In this document: positions 13,373 to 26,935 of the stretch, in pieces
How the letters are laid out: every line of letters begins with the position of its first letter
Numbering within the stretch: the stretch's first letter is position 1
Source of the DNA: Octopus vulgaris
Lineage: Eukaryota
Length of the DNA stretch: 64,000 bases
Assembly: GCA_951406725.2 (NCBI GenBank)
Contig: OX597830.1
Span: 4,092,001 to 4,156,000, forward strand
Direction: 5' to 3'
Program-made: the position numbers and the translations under genes
Notes under the pieces: generated by a model
Database searches by the model: none
Seen by the model: the letters and a program-made list of their open reading frames with translations, nothing else
What the model was told of the DNA's origin: nothing

Positions 13373-13690
13373 GTATTTGTATATATTACCATAACAAAGC
13401 GAAAAGTAACAATAAATATTGAAGATCACAATAAATTTTTATATTATATGTTAAATATTAATTCTACAAGGTCACACACTTTTTGAGACATTTGATTGGT
13501 TACATTAACTTTGATCAACTCAAAGTCCTTGGCCCCTTGGTCGCAGCAGCCTATTATTCCTTTCTCTATGACACCGTATTTTACAAAAATTTTATAACAG
13601 AATTTTCAGGTTAAATTCTTACTTTGAATAATTTCATCTCTTTCTCTCTTTTCTTAAGCTTTCCCAGAATTTAATATTTGTCATTTGCTA

Positions 13691-13905
13691 GGGTCACAAG
13701 ATGGCAGAGTTGTTAGCATGGTGTGCAAAATGCTTAGTGGCATTTCACCTTTCTCTACATCCTGAGTTCAAATTCTGCTGAGGTCGACTTTGTCTTTCAT
13801 TCTATTGAAGTCGATTAGAATAAGTACCAGTTGCACACTGGGGTTGATGTAATTGACTTACCCCCTCACCTAGAAATTGCTGGCCTTGTGCCAAAATTTG
13901 AAACT
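13691..13905 (+). mobile_element. tRNA-derived SINE family B
   Basis: tggcagagttgttagc...gagttcaaattc...gtcgactttg...taagtaccagttgcacactgggg. Confidence 0.8.
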
Positions 13906-15312
13906 AATACTTATCATTTGCTTGATGTATTACGTAAAGTACTTTATGGTAAAAATACGCCAAGAAATTTATTAAATTATTATTATTCAAGATGTCACCC
14001 AATTTATGATGTGTAATATCACTGTTTTATCAACCTTACCAGAATTTATTTCTGGGGATTTGAAATTTTAATGTAAAATGACTTAAGTAAATATCCCAAA
14101 ACATTTTGTTTGACTCTATTTATTATTCTTTTCTTGTCTTTTCCAATTATAAATTGTTCTTTAGAGATTCCATATTGAATTGAATTATTGCTTTACATAA
14201 TTACAGCCTCAAATTTTGGTACCACTGATCTATTGTACCTTTTCAAAGGTATAGTATTGTAAAGGTAAAAAAAAAATTGTAAAGGTAAAAAATTGTATAG
14301 TGTTGTAAAGGTAAAGAAACAAATAAAATTATAAAGGTAAAAAATTGTAAGTTAGTAAAGATATTGAAACAGACACTGTTTTTGAATGTTAGTATAAATG
14401 GTAAATTCTGGCTGTTTAATTCCCTGCTTTCATTCTTCTTCTTACTTGAGACAATTTGATTACTGGTTTATAGATCTGTAGATGTAGTTATTTTACATAT
14501 GTTTTTCCAAGATTATGAAAAGAAAAAACTGGATTGAATTGTTTGATGTATCTACAGTGAACATAGATCTCATTAAAACATATGCGTCTGGTTTGAAACT
14601 TTGAAACCATTTGATTCCATTCTGCAACAATGTATGGTAAATTATAGTGTGGTGCAACAGAAGGTGTTCTTTTTTGTTATTCAGTTATTTGGATGAAAAT
14701 AAAAAAAAGACCCACCAAATTCTAGCCAGATGGTTGTATGATGTTCTTCTCTTTCAAATGGAAATTCCTGTTAAATTTCAATAAGTAAACGTCAAGTTGT
14801 TTTTCACTGAAGATAAAAGTGTCTACTGTGGAACCGAATAAATCCTGTTCAGCATTTATTGCCAAAAGAAATCATTGAAAACAATCCATTTTCTTTTTAT
14901 CTTTTCTTTACAAAGATTAAATGTAAAGTAGTTACCAAAAATAGATCTTTTTTGTTAGTCTTTTGTGCTTTATTTGTTATCATAAGAAAAGAAGGCTTAT
15001 GGTGTCTTAGATGTTCTCATCTGGAGAATTAATGTGAACATTAAGGCTTGATTACTCATTTGGATTGTTTTCAAGTTGAAACATTGTTATTAGTGGTATT
15101 GTGGAATTTGTAACATAACATAAATATTGTTCTATGTATTTCTTCTAAATTGAACTAACATTATCATCAAATATTGATTCACCTGATATATTTTTCTTGC
15201 CTTCTGAAATAATTTTGAATGGCAATCATATATGACATTCTCCAATATTTTGAACCAAATATAATAATATAAAGAAATGGATTGAAGACTGATTGGAGCC
15301 AGCCAGGACATA

Positions 15313-15350
<38 letters not shown>

Positions 15351-15922
15351 TAATAATTCTATCTAACTCTTCTCCATACCTGATATTTCTGAATTATATC
15401 CCACCTCAGTATGTGGTTGAATGAAACATCTGATTAAAAGTGCATCATTGCAAACTAACAAATATTTTATGTGCTGAAGTCAGCAGTTAAATACTATAAT
15501 GGAACTTCATTCAGTAAAATATTAATGTTGTTTGCTTGTCAAGGTTTTCTTAATATTTATGATTTATTGATAAATGATTAAATGAAGAATAGACGGAAGA
15601 TATTTCAAGTAACGAAAAAAAAAAGAATTAGTATTCTGTTTTACATTTCTCGGTGATGACTAAAATAAAATAAAGTAATTGATGTAAACTGTAGTAAGTA
15701 ATCAGATTCATGAAGGCAACAAATGACACCTTTTGTCACTTTGAAGCAGAGGTTAAATCCAGACAGCGATGTTGATAGTCGTTCATGATTCCAAGGAAAA
15801 GAGAAAGAAAAATGGCCATTGTGAGCAAGTTCAAGAGAATTTACAAATTACAATTCAACGTTTCGGTGTGCACTATTAAATGTACACACATAGCAACATC
15901 TTTTATATCCATGTGTGTGTGA

Positions 15923-15973
<51 letters not shown>

Positions 15974-15990
15974 AATATATATATTTTCGT

Positions 15991-16405
15991 TCTTTTATTC
16001 TAACTTGTTTCAGTCATTTGACTGTGGCCATGATGGAGCAACCCCTTTAGTAAAACAAATCAACCCCAGAACTTATCCTTTGTAAGCCTAGTGCTTATTC
16101 TATTAGTATCTTTTACCGAACCACTAGGTTATGGGGATGAAAACACACCTACTTCAGTTGTCAAGTGATGGTGAGAGACAAACACAACACAGACACACAA
16201 ATACATACATACATACACACATATATATATGTATGTATGTATACGATGGGCCTCTTTCAGTTTCTATCTACGAAATCCACTCTCAAGGCTTTGGTCAGCC
16301 TCAGGTAATAGTAGAAGATACTTGCCCAAGGTGCCACACATTGGGACTGAACCCGAAACCATGTGGTTGGGAAGCATGCTTCATACTACGCAGCAACTCT
16401 TGCCC
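15991..16405 (-). mobile_element. tRNA-derived SINE family A, full length
   Basis: Reverse complement of the 49269-49690 type; internal CA/TA microsatellite. Confidence 0.88.
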
Positions 16406-16408
16406 ATA

Positions 16409-16598
<190 letters not shown>

Positions 16599-17182
16599 TT
16601 ATTTTTATATAAAGTTATATATTAAAAGCAATTTTATGTTAAACTGAACGATCACTTAATACTTTTTAATAAAGTACAAAATGCATTGATTTTTACAAGG
16701 AAATGATTGATAGTGACTTTGAAGTTTGACATAGAAGCACATACACAAGCATGCATACACAAGCATGCATACACACATAAACACACACACAGATACACAC
16801 ATAAATGAATATTTAATGTAACATTAAAATTTGCTGGATCTTTAAGCCCAGTTTGCTTTTGTTTTTGCCGCTCAATAAATATATTCTTGGATCATTTGTC
16901 AGACTTGCATGCTTACACACAGACACACAAACACACACACACTGCATTAATTAGGTTTAAACTGCAAATATTCATTTTCTAAGGTGACTTTCCAATGTGC
17001 TCCTTGATAATTCCAAAGTCACACTGCTTGTTTAGCCCCTGGTCTGTCTGCCCTGATAAAGCAGACTAATGATTATGCCATCTTCTTTTAATACATACCA
17101 TAATTGGAACAATATTATCCAATGAGTACTCATTTTTTAAACTGGTAGGATGTGATTTGCTGGAGGTTAGGCTGCTGTTTCT

Positions 17183-17417
17183 TATTTCTTTATTGCCCAC
17201 AAGGGGCTAACCATAGAGGGGACAAACACGGACAGACAAAGGGATTAAGTCGACTACATCAATCCCAGTTTGTAACTGGTACTTAATTCATTGACCCCGA
17301 AAGGATAAAAGGCAAAGTCGACCTCAGTGGAATTTGAACTCAGAACATAATTGCAGATGAAATACCGCTAAGCATTTTGCCCAGCGTACCAACGTTTCTG
17401 CCAGCTCGCCGCCTTAA
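17183..17417 (-). mobile_element. SINE family B, full length, 12-bp TSD, nested in an older repeat
   Basis: TSD gctgctgtttct at 17171-17182 and 17418-17429; head ggcggcgagctggcagaaacgttgg. Confidence 0.92.
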
Positions 17418-17561
17418 GCTGCTGTTTCTAGCAAGCTGATTCATTTACGTTCATTTATATCACACACACACACACACACACACACATATAATATCATTGT
17501 CATGCATGTATTTAGGTTTGGTGGACAAAGAGGAGAAAAAGAACTTAATACATAAGAGTGT

Positions 17562-17595
<34 letters not shown>

Positions 17596-18038
17596 TATTT
17601 GACTGTAAAGTTATAGAAGGGAATAAAGGGCACAAGATTTGCATGCATTGCACTTATTCAATAAATACAATGCCCAAAATATATGCACACACATACACAC
17701 ATGCACACACACGCATGCATGCACACACACACACACAAATAAAGAGGAGAGGGTAGGAAGAGGATGCAGGAATGATGCAAATGAAAATGATCACAAAATA
17801 TCATAAGCAAAAATCTAATACCAAGTATATTAAAGAGAAAATAAAATGCATTTTAATATTCTTGATTTCTCAAATTATTCCTGCATTCTCAGAAATCTGG
17901 ATAGGAAGAAACTTTAAAAAAATTTATATTCTACATAATTGTATTCATAACATTCAATGTAAAATAACAGAACATAATTATATTCATAGCATTCTATGTA
18001 AGATAAATCTAGATTTTGAAATTTCATATATGTACATA

Positions 18039-18400
18039 GGCACAGGCGTGGCTGTGTGGTATGAAGCTTGCTTCCAAGCCACGGGGTTCTCGGTTCAGTT
18101 TTAGTATGTGACACTTTGGGTAAATTTTTCTACTTTAGCTTCAGGCTGACCAAAGCCTTGTGGGTGGATGTGCAAGACAGAATCTGAAACAAGACCATTT
18201 TGTGTGTGTGTGAACGTGCCTGCATGTGTATGTGTGGTTTGTATGTGTGTGTGTCTTTGTGTCCGTGTTTGTCCACCCACCACCACTTGACCACTGGTGT
18301 TGGTGAGTCTACATCACCATAACTTAGCAGTTCAGAGAAAGAGACCAATAGAACAATTGTCTCAGGCTTCAAGGAATAAATACTAGCAATCAATTTGTTG
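18039..18400 (+). mobile_element. SINE family A
   Basis: ggcacaggcgtggctgtgtgg head, caaagccttgtgggtggat, aacttagcagttc. Confidence 0.82.
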
Positions 18401-18403
18401 CAT

Positions 18404-18461
18404 ATCCCACTGATGAAGCAGAGTATATTTTTATACAAAGCCAGATAACCGGATCTGGGAT
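18404..18461 (+). ncRNA. Degenerate minimal hammerhead-like motif (possible PLE pLTR relic)
   Basis: atccca-CTGATGA-...-gcc-aGATAA-CCGG-ATC-tgggat; 6-bp stem I and palindromic CCGG, but core damaged. Confidence 0.4.
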
Positions 18462-19680
18462 TATCCAATAATTTTTTGCTACTTTATTTGTCTATTTGTC
18501 TTTTCTCCTGATGCTGTATGAATACATGATGTGATTTTAGAGTCAGGTTTTGACTGCTATCTCTAGCATGGTGGTATCTTTTAGATACCCTTAATTATAA
18601 TTTTAATAATAATTATTACCTATAAGGTTTTTATTCCCATGCTGGCCACTTGATATGATCAGTATTTTAAATAACGATCTTGTCCTTTTATAAGTTTATG
18701 TATGTATATATATATATATTAATTCACAATAGAATATAAGGATAAAAATCATGTTAATGATTTTTATCAGATAGTCAGCATGCTATAAAAATTTATGCGT
18801 AATTTATACATTAAATTAATAACAAGTATATTATCATTAATTTAATATATATGTGTGTTTGTGTGTATTCATGTATATATATATGTATGTATATCATTAT
18901 TATTTGACTTCCACTTCTCTATGCTTGTATGGGTTGGATAGAGTTTATTTGAGAGATTTTCTATGGTCAGATGCCCTTCCTGTTACTAAACCTCACCTGT
19001 TTCTAAGCAAGTTGATATTTTCCCAGGGCGAGAAACACACACACACTCACACACACACACTCACACACACACACACACCCACACACACATTTGAAAGTCT
19101 TTCTGAGAATTACTTAATACTGTTTTTCAGTAGGAAGGGGATGTTTTTTAAAATTATTTTTTAAAAATGGCATGAAATCTTTTAGTAGGATGTTATTAAC
19201 CTTTTTGGAAGAAGTTTCATCCTAATATTTGCAAGCACTTTCGTGCACTTAGTTAATATGCACACACAGACTCACACAGATGTCTTTACATGCCCATGCA
19301 AACAGAAGTATTTAAACATGCAAAAATATGCAACAGAATTTTAGAAATGAAAATGCATTCCAATATATGGATTCATATCTTGTGTATTTGTACACACACG
19401 GATCATACACACACGGATCATACACACACACATTACCATGGATGTATACGTTCTAGATAATAAATATTAGATATTCATTAGCACTTATTTACGGATGATA
19501 TTTGTCATTTGATGATTATGATCATGATGATGATCATGATGATTAAAGTTATCTCGAGTCAAGTGCTGTAAATGATTCCCTTAGTGATCTTTAGTATTGA
19601 TTGGTTTTAGTCAGTTAGTTGCTAATGAAATATTCCTATAAATATCTTACACCCATTTCCTACACATTAAATTACACTTT

Positions 19681-19720
<40 letters not shown>

Positions 19721-20647
19721 ATATTGTATAATCACATGAGCAAGAGTCAAAATGAATTCGCTCTGCTATGATCATATGATGTCATATATATTTGCTTTCT
19801 TATCAATTATTTTATCTTACAATTGAGTTTCCTCGTAACAAAATAATAATTAAAAAACAAACCCAAGCAAAAAGAGAGGAGACAGTGATATGGTGATATT
19901 TTATTTTTCAGGGTTTCATTTGTCTGTTAGAAATTAATGGCATTGTTATATCATAGACTGAAAAAGTTCCTCAATTCTATAGGTCCATATATAACTGCTG
20001 AATGTAAAGAAAAGGATCATTTTTCTATAAAAGATAAAATAGCAAAAACATATTCGCAATTTAATGTTTCTTATGTATAGACATTTTAATGATTTATACA
20101 TGCAACCAAACTATTATACATACATACATATGTGTATGTGTACACGTATCTAGTTCTCATTTTCTCTTCCTCTCATAAAAGAAAGTGTTCATAATGTTAC
20201 AATTTTCTGCAACATTTCATTGAATCTAATGTTTGTTAATGAGCTTAAAATTCACTCCAATCCCTGCCACCCAGATTCACAAGCAGTTAGCACCATCTTG
20301 GCTCGCAGGATTTAATTATACAAAATTGCTTTGATAATATACTCTTCATGAAAATTATATTGGTACCTTATCTTTCATTACATATATCATATAAATCTCT
20401 GTGCATGAATATATATGCGTGTGTCTGTATAGAAATGAGAATCAAATTAGGCAAATCAATACATATATAATAATACATGCATTTGGCCATAGAAGCAATC
20501 TGCAAGAATTTTTAAGGATATGTTTAATACATCAAACATATTAAAAATGTGTAAGATATATAAATATAGTAAAAATATATAAGAGATATATGAATACATA
20601 GATATATAAACATTTTAAATATATATTTAAATTATGTATAATCTTAG

Positions 20648-20850
20648 AACAGGAGTTGCTGTGTAGTAAGAAGCTTGCTTACCAACCACATGGTTCTGGG
20701 TTCAGTCCTGCTGAGTGGCATCTTGGGCAAGTGTCTTCTACTATAGCCTCAGGCGGACGAAAGCCTTGTGAGTGGATTTGGCAGACAGAAACCGAAAGAA
20801 GCCCGTCGTGTGTGTGTGTGTGTCTCCACAACATCACTTGACAACCAATA
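20648..20850 (+). mobile_element. SINE family A, 3'-truncated
   Basis: caggagttgctgtgtagtaag...gggttcagtcc...ttgggcaagtgtcttctactatagcc. Confidence 0.85.
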
Positions 20851-21903
20851 CTCTGGTATTTTGACTGTGGTTAGAAATTAGTCGTTTGGTTTTTGCTATG
20901 TGGAATCTTTTGGCTTTACAAACCGTTCATGCCTTAAACACTTTTCTGTTTCTCTTTGACACATTCAGTAGTGAGACGTGTGTGTGTATATTATTGTGTA
21001 TATTTTAGTTGTATACTCTTTTGCCTGTCCACTTGCACCCACCCAAAGTCGTTGGGTTTCTAGAACTGATGCATATGCATCTAGATTATTTATTGAAATA
21101 TTTAGAAAGATTTTCTTTCATAATCAGGTGCTCTTTTGATCCATTAATGATTAATCGAAGTAATTTTTCATTTTGAGTTTTCCTTAGAGCTTTGATGAGA
21201 AAAGAGCATCAGAATTATTAAAACACTCTCATTTTCTAATTAGATAAATTCTCATCACTGTCATTATCTCATCAGTTCGATATTGTCTCTTAGGCATTAA
21301 CTACCATCTTTAAGTCTCAACATTAAACCTGTATCATATTTTCTTTTGCTCACCGGCTTATGATTTTCTTCCAAAAATGAAATAATTTTTTCTCCCACTG
21401 CTGAGTAACGGATACATTTCTGTTATATTATTTATGGTTATTTGTTAATTTTTTTTAAGTGACACAATATTTTATTTAAATGTTATTATATCTGCTTGTG
21501 ATTCATCTCATTTGTGACTGTGGACATTTTTTGAGGTTATTATAATGTTACATAATGTGTAATATATATATTGCTCTCCATATCTCAGTGAAGATTTTAT
21601 GGGAAAATTATAAAACTATTAATTATAAAGCTATTAGATGTTAATCAATGATTACTATATATGGGTGTTATATTTTCTAGTTTTTTAACTATAATTTTGG
21701 TTGTATTTTTTTCTTCATTTTATTGAATTTTCATCCTCAGTTCCACATTGATTACAATTTAATTTTGATTACGATTTAATTTAAACTTGTTGGCATTTAT
21801 TACACTGTTCTACTGAGTGTTTCAGATTGTTTTTCATTCATTTAGAGAAAAATATATCAGTTTTTTTAAATGAAATGCACCAAGACACGTATTTACTGCA
21901 TTC

Positions 21904-21943
<40 letters not shown>

Positions 21944-22294
21944 TACATAGATAGATAGATAGATAAATATAGACATATGTATATGAATGTATTTATATGT
22001 ATTTCTATTTATGTATATATAAAGACGTCAGATTCACAACAGTGAAGAAACATGGTTTACATTAGAGATGTAAAAAAAAAAAGGTGGGTTAAATTTATCA
22101 TCTCAAGCTTTAGAATTTAGGATGAATTAACATCCATTTCAAAACTTATGAAAAAAAACATTCATCTGTCTTTTAGCCACTTTTATTGGCATTTTCTCAT
22201 ACAAATTTAAACAGTAAATATAGGAATAGTGACATGAAGACATCTCTGGTGCATACGCACACATGCATGCACATACAAACATACACATACACAT

Positions 22295-24110
22295 GCACAC
22301 CAGTCACTATGAGGGAATATTTGGTGATATCACTGTCTATCTTTCTAAAATAGCTGACACTGAAATTAATGTTTTGAAAAATATTGATGTACTGCTGTGG
22401 GATGCTGTAAATCCTGGCAGTGTTCCATATTGGTTTACCATACACATTGTCAAACACACTTAAAGACAATGAAATTGATTGAAAATTGTTGCTGGCATTC
22501 AACTCACTGTTCAATAATGTCAAACAGAATAAAGCTCTGTTCACTCCATGACCAACCCACAGAAATCCATGCCATCCAACATCAATAGCTTCATATAACG
22601 GTCTAAGTAACACAGCATTCAAGATTTTGCTGAGAACAAATAAAAGTGATGATGCTTCTGCTGGTGTTACCATTACTAATAATCCCTGTTGCTCGTTTAA
22701 AGATAAAATTTCGTTCTTTCTTCTTTTAAAACTCACTCTCTCCATCACTTCTTTCTTGTTCCTAGTTTAAAGACGATTCTTCTTATTTCTCTTTCCTTCT
22801 CTCTTGAGATTTTGTGTTAGTCTTTATGCTTTCATTCTCCATTTTCTACAAAACTGCTGCAATCTGATCTAATTCTGTTTTGTTACTTTTATTGTTTAAT
22901 TTCACAATTACCTTTTGCAGTCATCAGCCCTCAGGTTATGTGTACACTGATATCCCTCACCTTTATGGGTAGTAGTAGTAGAAATATCAAAATCAAAATC
23001 CAATGTTGTATTAAGAGTAAGCTAATTAAGTTTTTCCTCAAGGTGTTCCACTCACCATGCAATTTGGTGGTAACATTCATCTGCGGACAGAAATAAGAAG
23101 ACTGATCAGGAACCAGTGTAGAGAAAGAAGACGAATAAATAAGCCCAGGAAAGATTGGTGTAGCAACACAAATCTCAAGTAGATAACGGCTGATGTATGA
23201 TGTTGTCAAGGTAGATGTAAATTATAGGATCACTTGTAGAATTTCAGTGAATATATATTCGGTGTGGATATCACTGACAATTCCTGCAGTTGCAAAGATT
23301 TCCTTTTACAATTCTTATTGATACAAAGTCATGAAAAAAACAACTGGGTCTCAGAAATTAGCAGAATAGGATTAATTGTTTGTGATTAGAAAAACTGAGG
23401 CATTAGCTAATGTTATTGTTGGGTTGCATGAATCAGGGACTTTACTCTCGAAGCTCATTGTTAAGCTCTATCAGCACAAATATGTTTTGATACCATTACT
23501 TGCTTGTGTAGTAGTAACTATGACGATAAAGAAATATTTAACTACTGACAGGAAATGAGATTAATGGATAATTTAATTCAGATTATTTTATAGAATACTT
23601 GAACACTGCTATGTTCTATCATTTAACAGATGGCTTAGAGTACAATTGGATAATTTGGTAAGAGGCCAAAAATATTACTGAACATTAAGCTGTCCAATTC
23701 TTAGAGAATTCTTAAAACACAACAAAGAAGTCAATGCTAACTCTAATGATTTTTAGATATGTTTCATTGTGTGTTGGTAATTATTTCTTTTGCCACCTGA
23801 AACCTAACAAAATTCAATGCAACAACAGCAACACAATATATTCTTGTATTGGAATCTTTATCATCAACATATTTGGAAATATATCTGGTTCCGTTACAAA
23901 TCATTCATTGGAAGTGACTGTTTATAATACTGCAATTAATTACATGTCTATCTGTAGCTGCTCCATTTAACTATAATAGTTATTCAATTTCATATTTCAG
24001 ATCCAATAACTAGAAATAATCCAAACCGCTGAAACTCTTGTGGTTTAAATGCGGAGACCACTTTCACTGCAACATTGAATATATGTGTATTGAACATATG
24101 GAAATTACTC
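22295..24110 (-). mobile_element. Old degenerate RTE-like LINE (RT N-terminal part; possible endonuclease remnants; interrupted)
   Basis: ORF 22197..22748: SLLFVLSKILNAVLLRPL, HGF..GHG, VFDNV...IW....YSIP, IVTGV resemble RT domains 1-4; right boundary uncertain. Confidence 0.6.
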
Positions 24111-24174
24111 CATCTACATGTTTATTCATAAACTATACTGCATCAGTACTCAAGTTACAAGCAGTCATAGTTTT

Positions 24175-24446
24175 CTGTTCTATATTTAAGAGATGAAGCC
24201 CGGGGGTATATGGCGTAGTGGTTAAGAGCACAGGCTACTATCCCCAAGATTCCAAGTTCGATTCCAGGCAGTGACATGAATAATAACAATAATAATAATA
24301 ATAATTACATCGAAAAATACCTTAGGAATAAGAACCCAGGTTTGAAATTTCCCCCAAGGCACCTGATGAAGGCTGGAAGGTATATCAACTGAAACTTTGT
24401 GTTAACAAACAAGATGAGGACAAACATCTGTCAAAATGTAAATAAT
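24175..24446 (+). mobile_element. SINE family C (tRNA head plus hammerhead motif), left arm mostly deleted, 14-bp TSD
   Basis: A box tggcgtagtgg, B box agttcgattcc; ggcac-CTGATGA-a-ggctg..caact-GAAAC-ttt-gtgtt at 24358-24403; TSD gcagt(c/t)atagtttt at 24161-24174 and 24447-24460. Confidence 0.88.
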
Positions 24447-24494
24447 GCAGTTATAGTTTTGTTGTGTACCTGTACATATATTTGTGTGTGTATT

Positions 24495-26935
24495 ATCATC
24501 ATAATCTAACTTCTATTTTCCATACTGGAATGGGTCAGAATGTTTGACAGGAAGTGACAAGTCAGAAGACTGCACCAAGCTCTGCTGTCTGTTTTGGCAG
24601 GGTTTTTATGGCTGGATGTCCTTTATGTGGCCAACCACTTTACAAAGTGTACTGGGTGCTCTTTGTGTGTTTCCAGCAGCATTATGATCACCAAATAGCC
24701 CACAGGATAAGATCCCTCAACTCAGGTGTGGGGAGCAGTATTGAACAGCTGAAGAAAGGTACCTCACAATAGAGGAGAAACACAGCGCCCTCAGGTGGAG
24801 AGAAAGAAAGAGGAGAAAGAGAAAATATTGAAGATGTAGGAGGAAGGGGGCAGGGGCCATACACCCAAGTTAAAGGGAGATTAATATAGGGAAATGGACT
24901 GGGGATGATTGAGTGGGGGGATGAGTTTACAATATTATGAAAGAGTGAGAGGTGGAGGGGTGGGAATGTAATAAGTGGGCTCAGGTAGGGGGTGGGTGTT
25001 AGGGGGGCTATATTGTGGGGAAGAGATTCAACAGGGACATATTTTGTGCAGGGGTTAGGCAGGTGAAGGAGAAAGGAGGGAAGATGGACACAGCAAGGGG
25101 AAAGGGTGAGGTGTTGGGAAGATGGGTTGTGGGGGGAAGGGGCTTGGTCTTAAAGGACTTTATGTCCTCGATCTTACTTAGCTGGATGAGTCTCCTCAAG
25201 CACAGCAAGATCGCCAATTGTCTCAGTTCTTTGTCATTTCTTCCCTGAAGCTCAACACCATCAGCTCATTTCTCACCCTTTTATCCTTTGTTTTCCTGGG
25301 TCTACCTATTCCACATTAAGTGAACACATTTAGTTCCCTCCACATTTAGTGATCAGTATTTGTTCATGTCCTCCTCCATGGCCACACCAGTGCAGTCGTT
25401 TCTCTTGTACACTTCTGATGCCTCTTATATGCAATTTGCAATTAAATTTACACTTTGTCGTACATGTATACTGACATTGCTCATCCAGTGGAGTAATGCT
25501 GCCTTCATTTCTTTCAAGCCTTCGCATGTTCTCTACTGTTATAGCCTCTTTTCCATTACCTTGCAGGGTACAGCTGTCCATACACGGGCATCATTCAATC
25601 TGTCTTTCACTCCAAGGGAGAAGCCCTTTCTTACCAACAAAAGTAATAGCTCTCTGAACTTTGCCCGATTGGTTCTTATTCTAGCAACTACTCTTTCAGA
25701 GCAGTTTCTTCTGATGCTAATTTTGTCACCTAAGTAATGAAAATACCAAAAGCCATCTAGTACCTTGGACATTTCAGAAAATCTGTTTCCTCTACATAGA
25801 TGCAAATACTACTTTCTCTCTTAACCTTCATGGGATTCCAATGCACCTCTTATGTGTCCAAAGCTTCCACTGAGTACACTGTATGGAATTACTACCAATA
25901 CCTGTTCCATATATCTAGCTGGGCCTTTTTCTTGAAAGGCTTAATAATTTGTTTGCTTTCCTGCTTTTTAGGTCTTTGGTCTTTTCTCAATTAACTCCAA
26001 GGCCTATTAATTCAAGTCCTTGCTTTCACACCTGAAATTTCTTCTTAAACTCTTGTAGAGTCTCTGCTAAAAGGGGAAGGTCATTGGCATAGAGGGGCTG
26101 CTAAGGAGAACCAGTCTTAAATTCCTCTGTTATGGCTTGGAGGACTTCTTGGTGAACTCTGGTCTGTAAGCTAAATTTGTTGCTAAACTCATTGCTGACC
26201 TTTACCTTACTGGCCGGACTGCTCTCACCAGTCACCTGTCTGCTCCTAGCTTCTGCATCGACCACATATGAGGAAGGAACCCTGTCAAAGGCTTTCTATA
26301 TGTTCACAAATACCATGTACAGAGGTTTGCTTGTTTTGCTAAAAACTCCACTTGCAGTTGCCTTACCAGAAAGATAACATCAGTAGTTCTTTTCCCTGGT
26401 GCAAAACCAAACTGCATCTCACCAAGGTTAAACTCTCTTCCTAATTAGTCGAGCTGTGACTTTTCTGTTACTTTCATCATTTGAAACCTCTATTATTACT
26501 TCAGTCTAAGGCAACACTCTTACTTTTGTAGCAGTCATCTATAAAGCTGCTAGACCAGTCGTTGGCTATGATCCCTTCCTGGACATCCTGATAAAACAGG
26601 TGGAGGACTAGGCCATATCCCACCCTGCTATATATTTTAAGCATCTCAGCAGTAATTCCTGATGGGTCAGGGACTTTTCCTGTTTTCATATCCTTAATTG
26701 CTTTATCTATTTATCTATCATGCTGCTGTCAACTCAGCTAGTTGATCTCTCTGTTGGGTCCACATTAGGGAGACCCTCCTCCCATATACTAAACACATTT
26801 AGTAGCCTTTCATAGTTTCACTTTCATGCCTCGTTCTTTGCAGGGTCACTAAGTGCAAATATACCACCATTTAACATCACAACTTTTCTCTGACACATTA
26901 TCTCGCAATCCAGAACACCTCATGCCTCTGGAGCT
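24495..26935 (-). mobile_element. Degenerate RTE LINE (RT region and 3' UTR) with a G/purine-rich stretch at ~24760-25150
   Basis: KTGKVPDPSGITAEMLK, HYLGDKIS...VARIRTNRAKFRELLLLL, VQEKRLHWCGH, homologous to the 353..1261 ORF. Confidence 0.85.

Noticed and set aside
14268-14352. Short direct repeats ttgtaaaggtaaaaaa (also tandem duplications at 7215-7280 and 17934-18008)
   Set aside because: Irregular local slippage duplications; no CRISPR-like repeat-spacer structure, and the DNA is eukaryotic.
15178-15312. Minus-strand peptide WLQSVFNPFLYIIIFGSKYWR resembling GPCR TM7 NPxxY
   Set aside because: No splice acceptor, abuts an (ATT)n tract, and no other TM exons found; likely chance.
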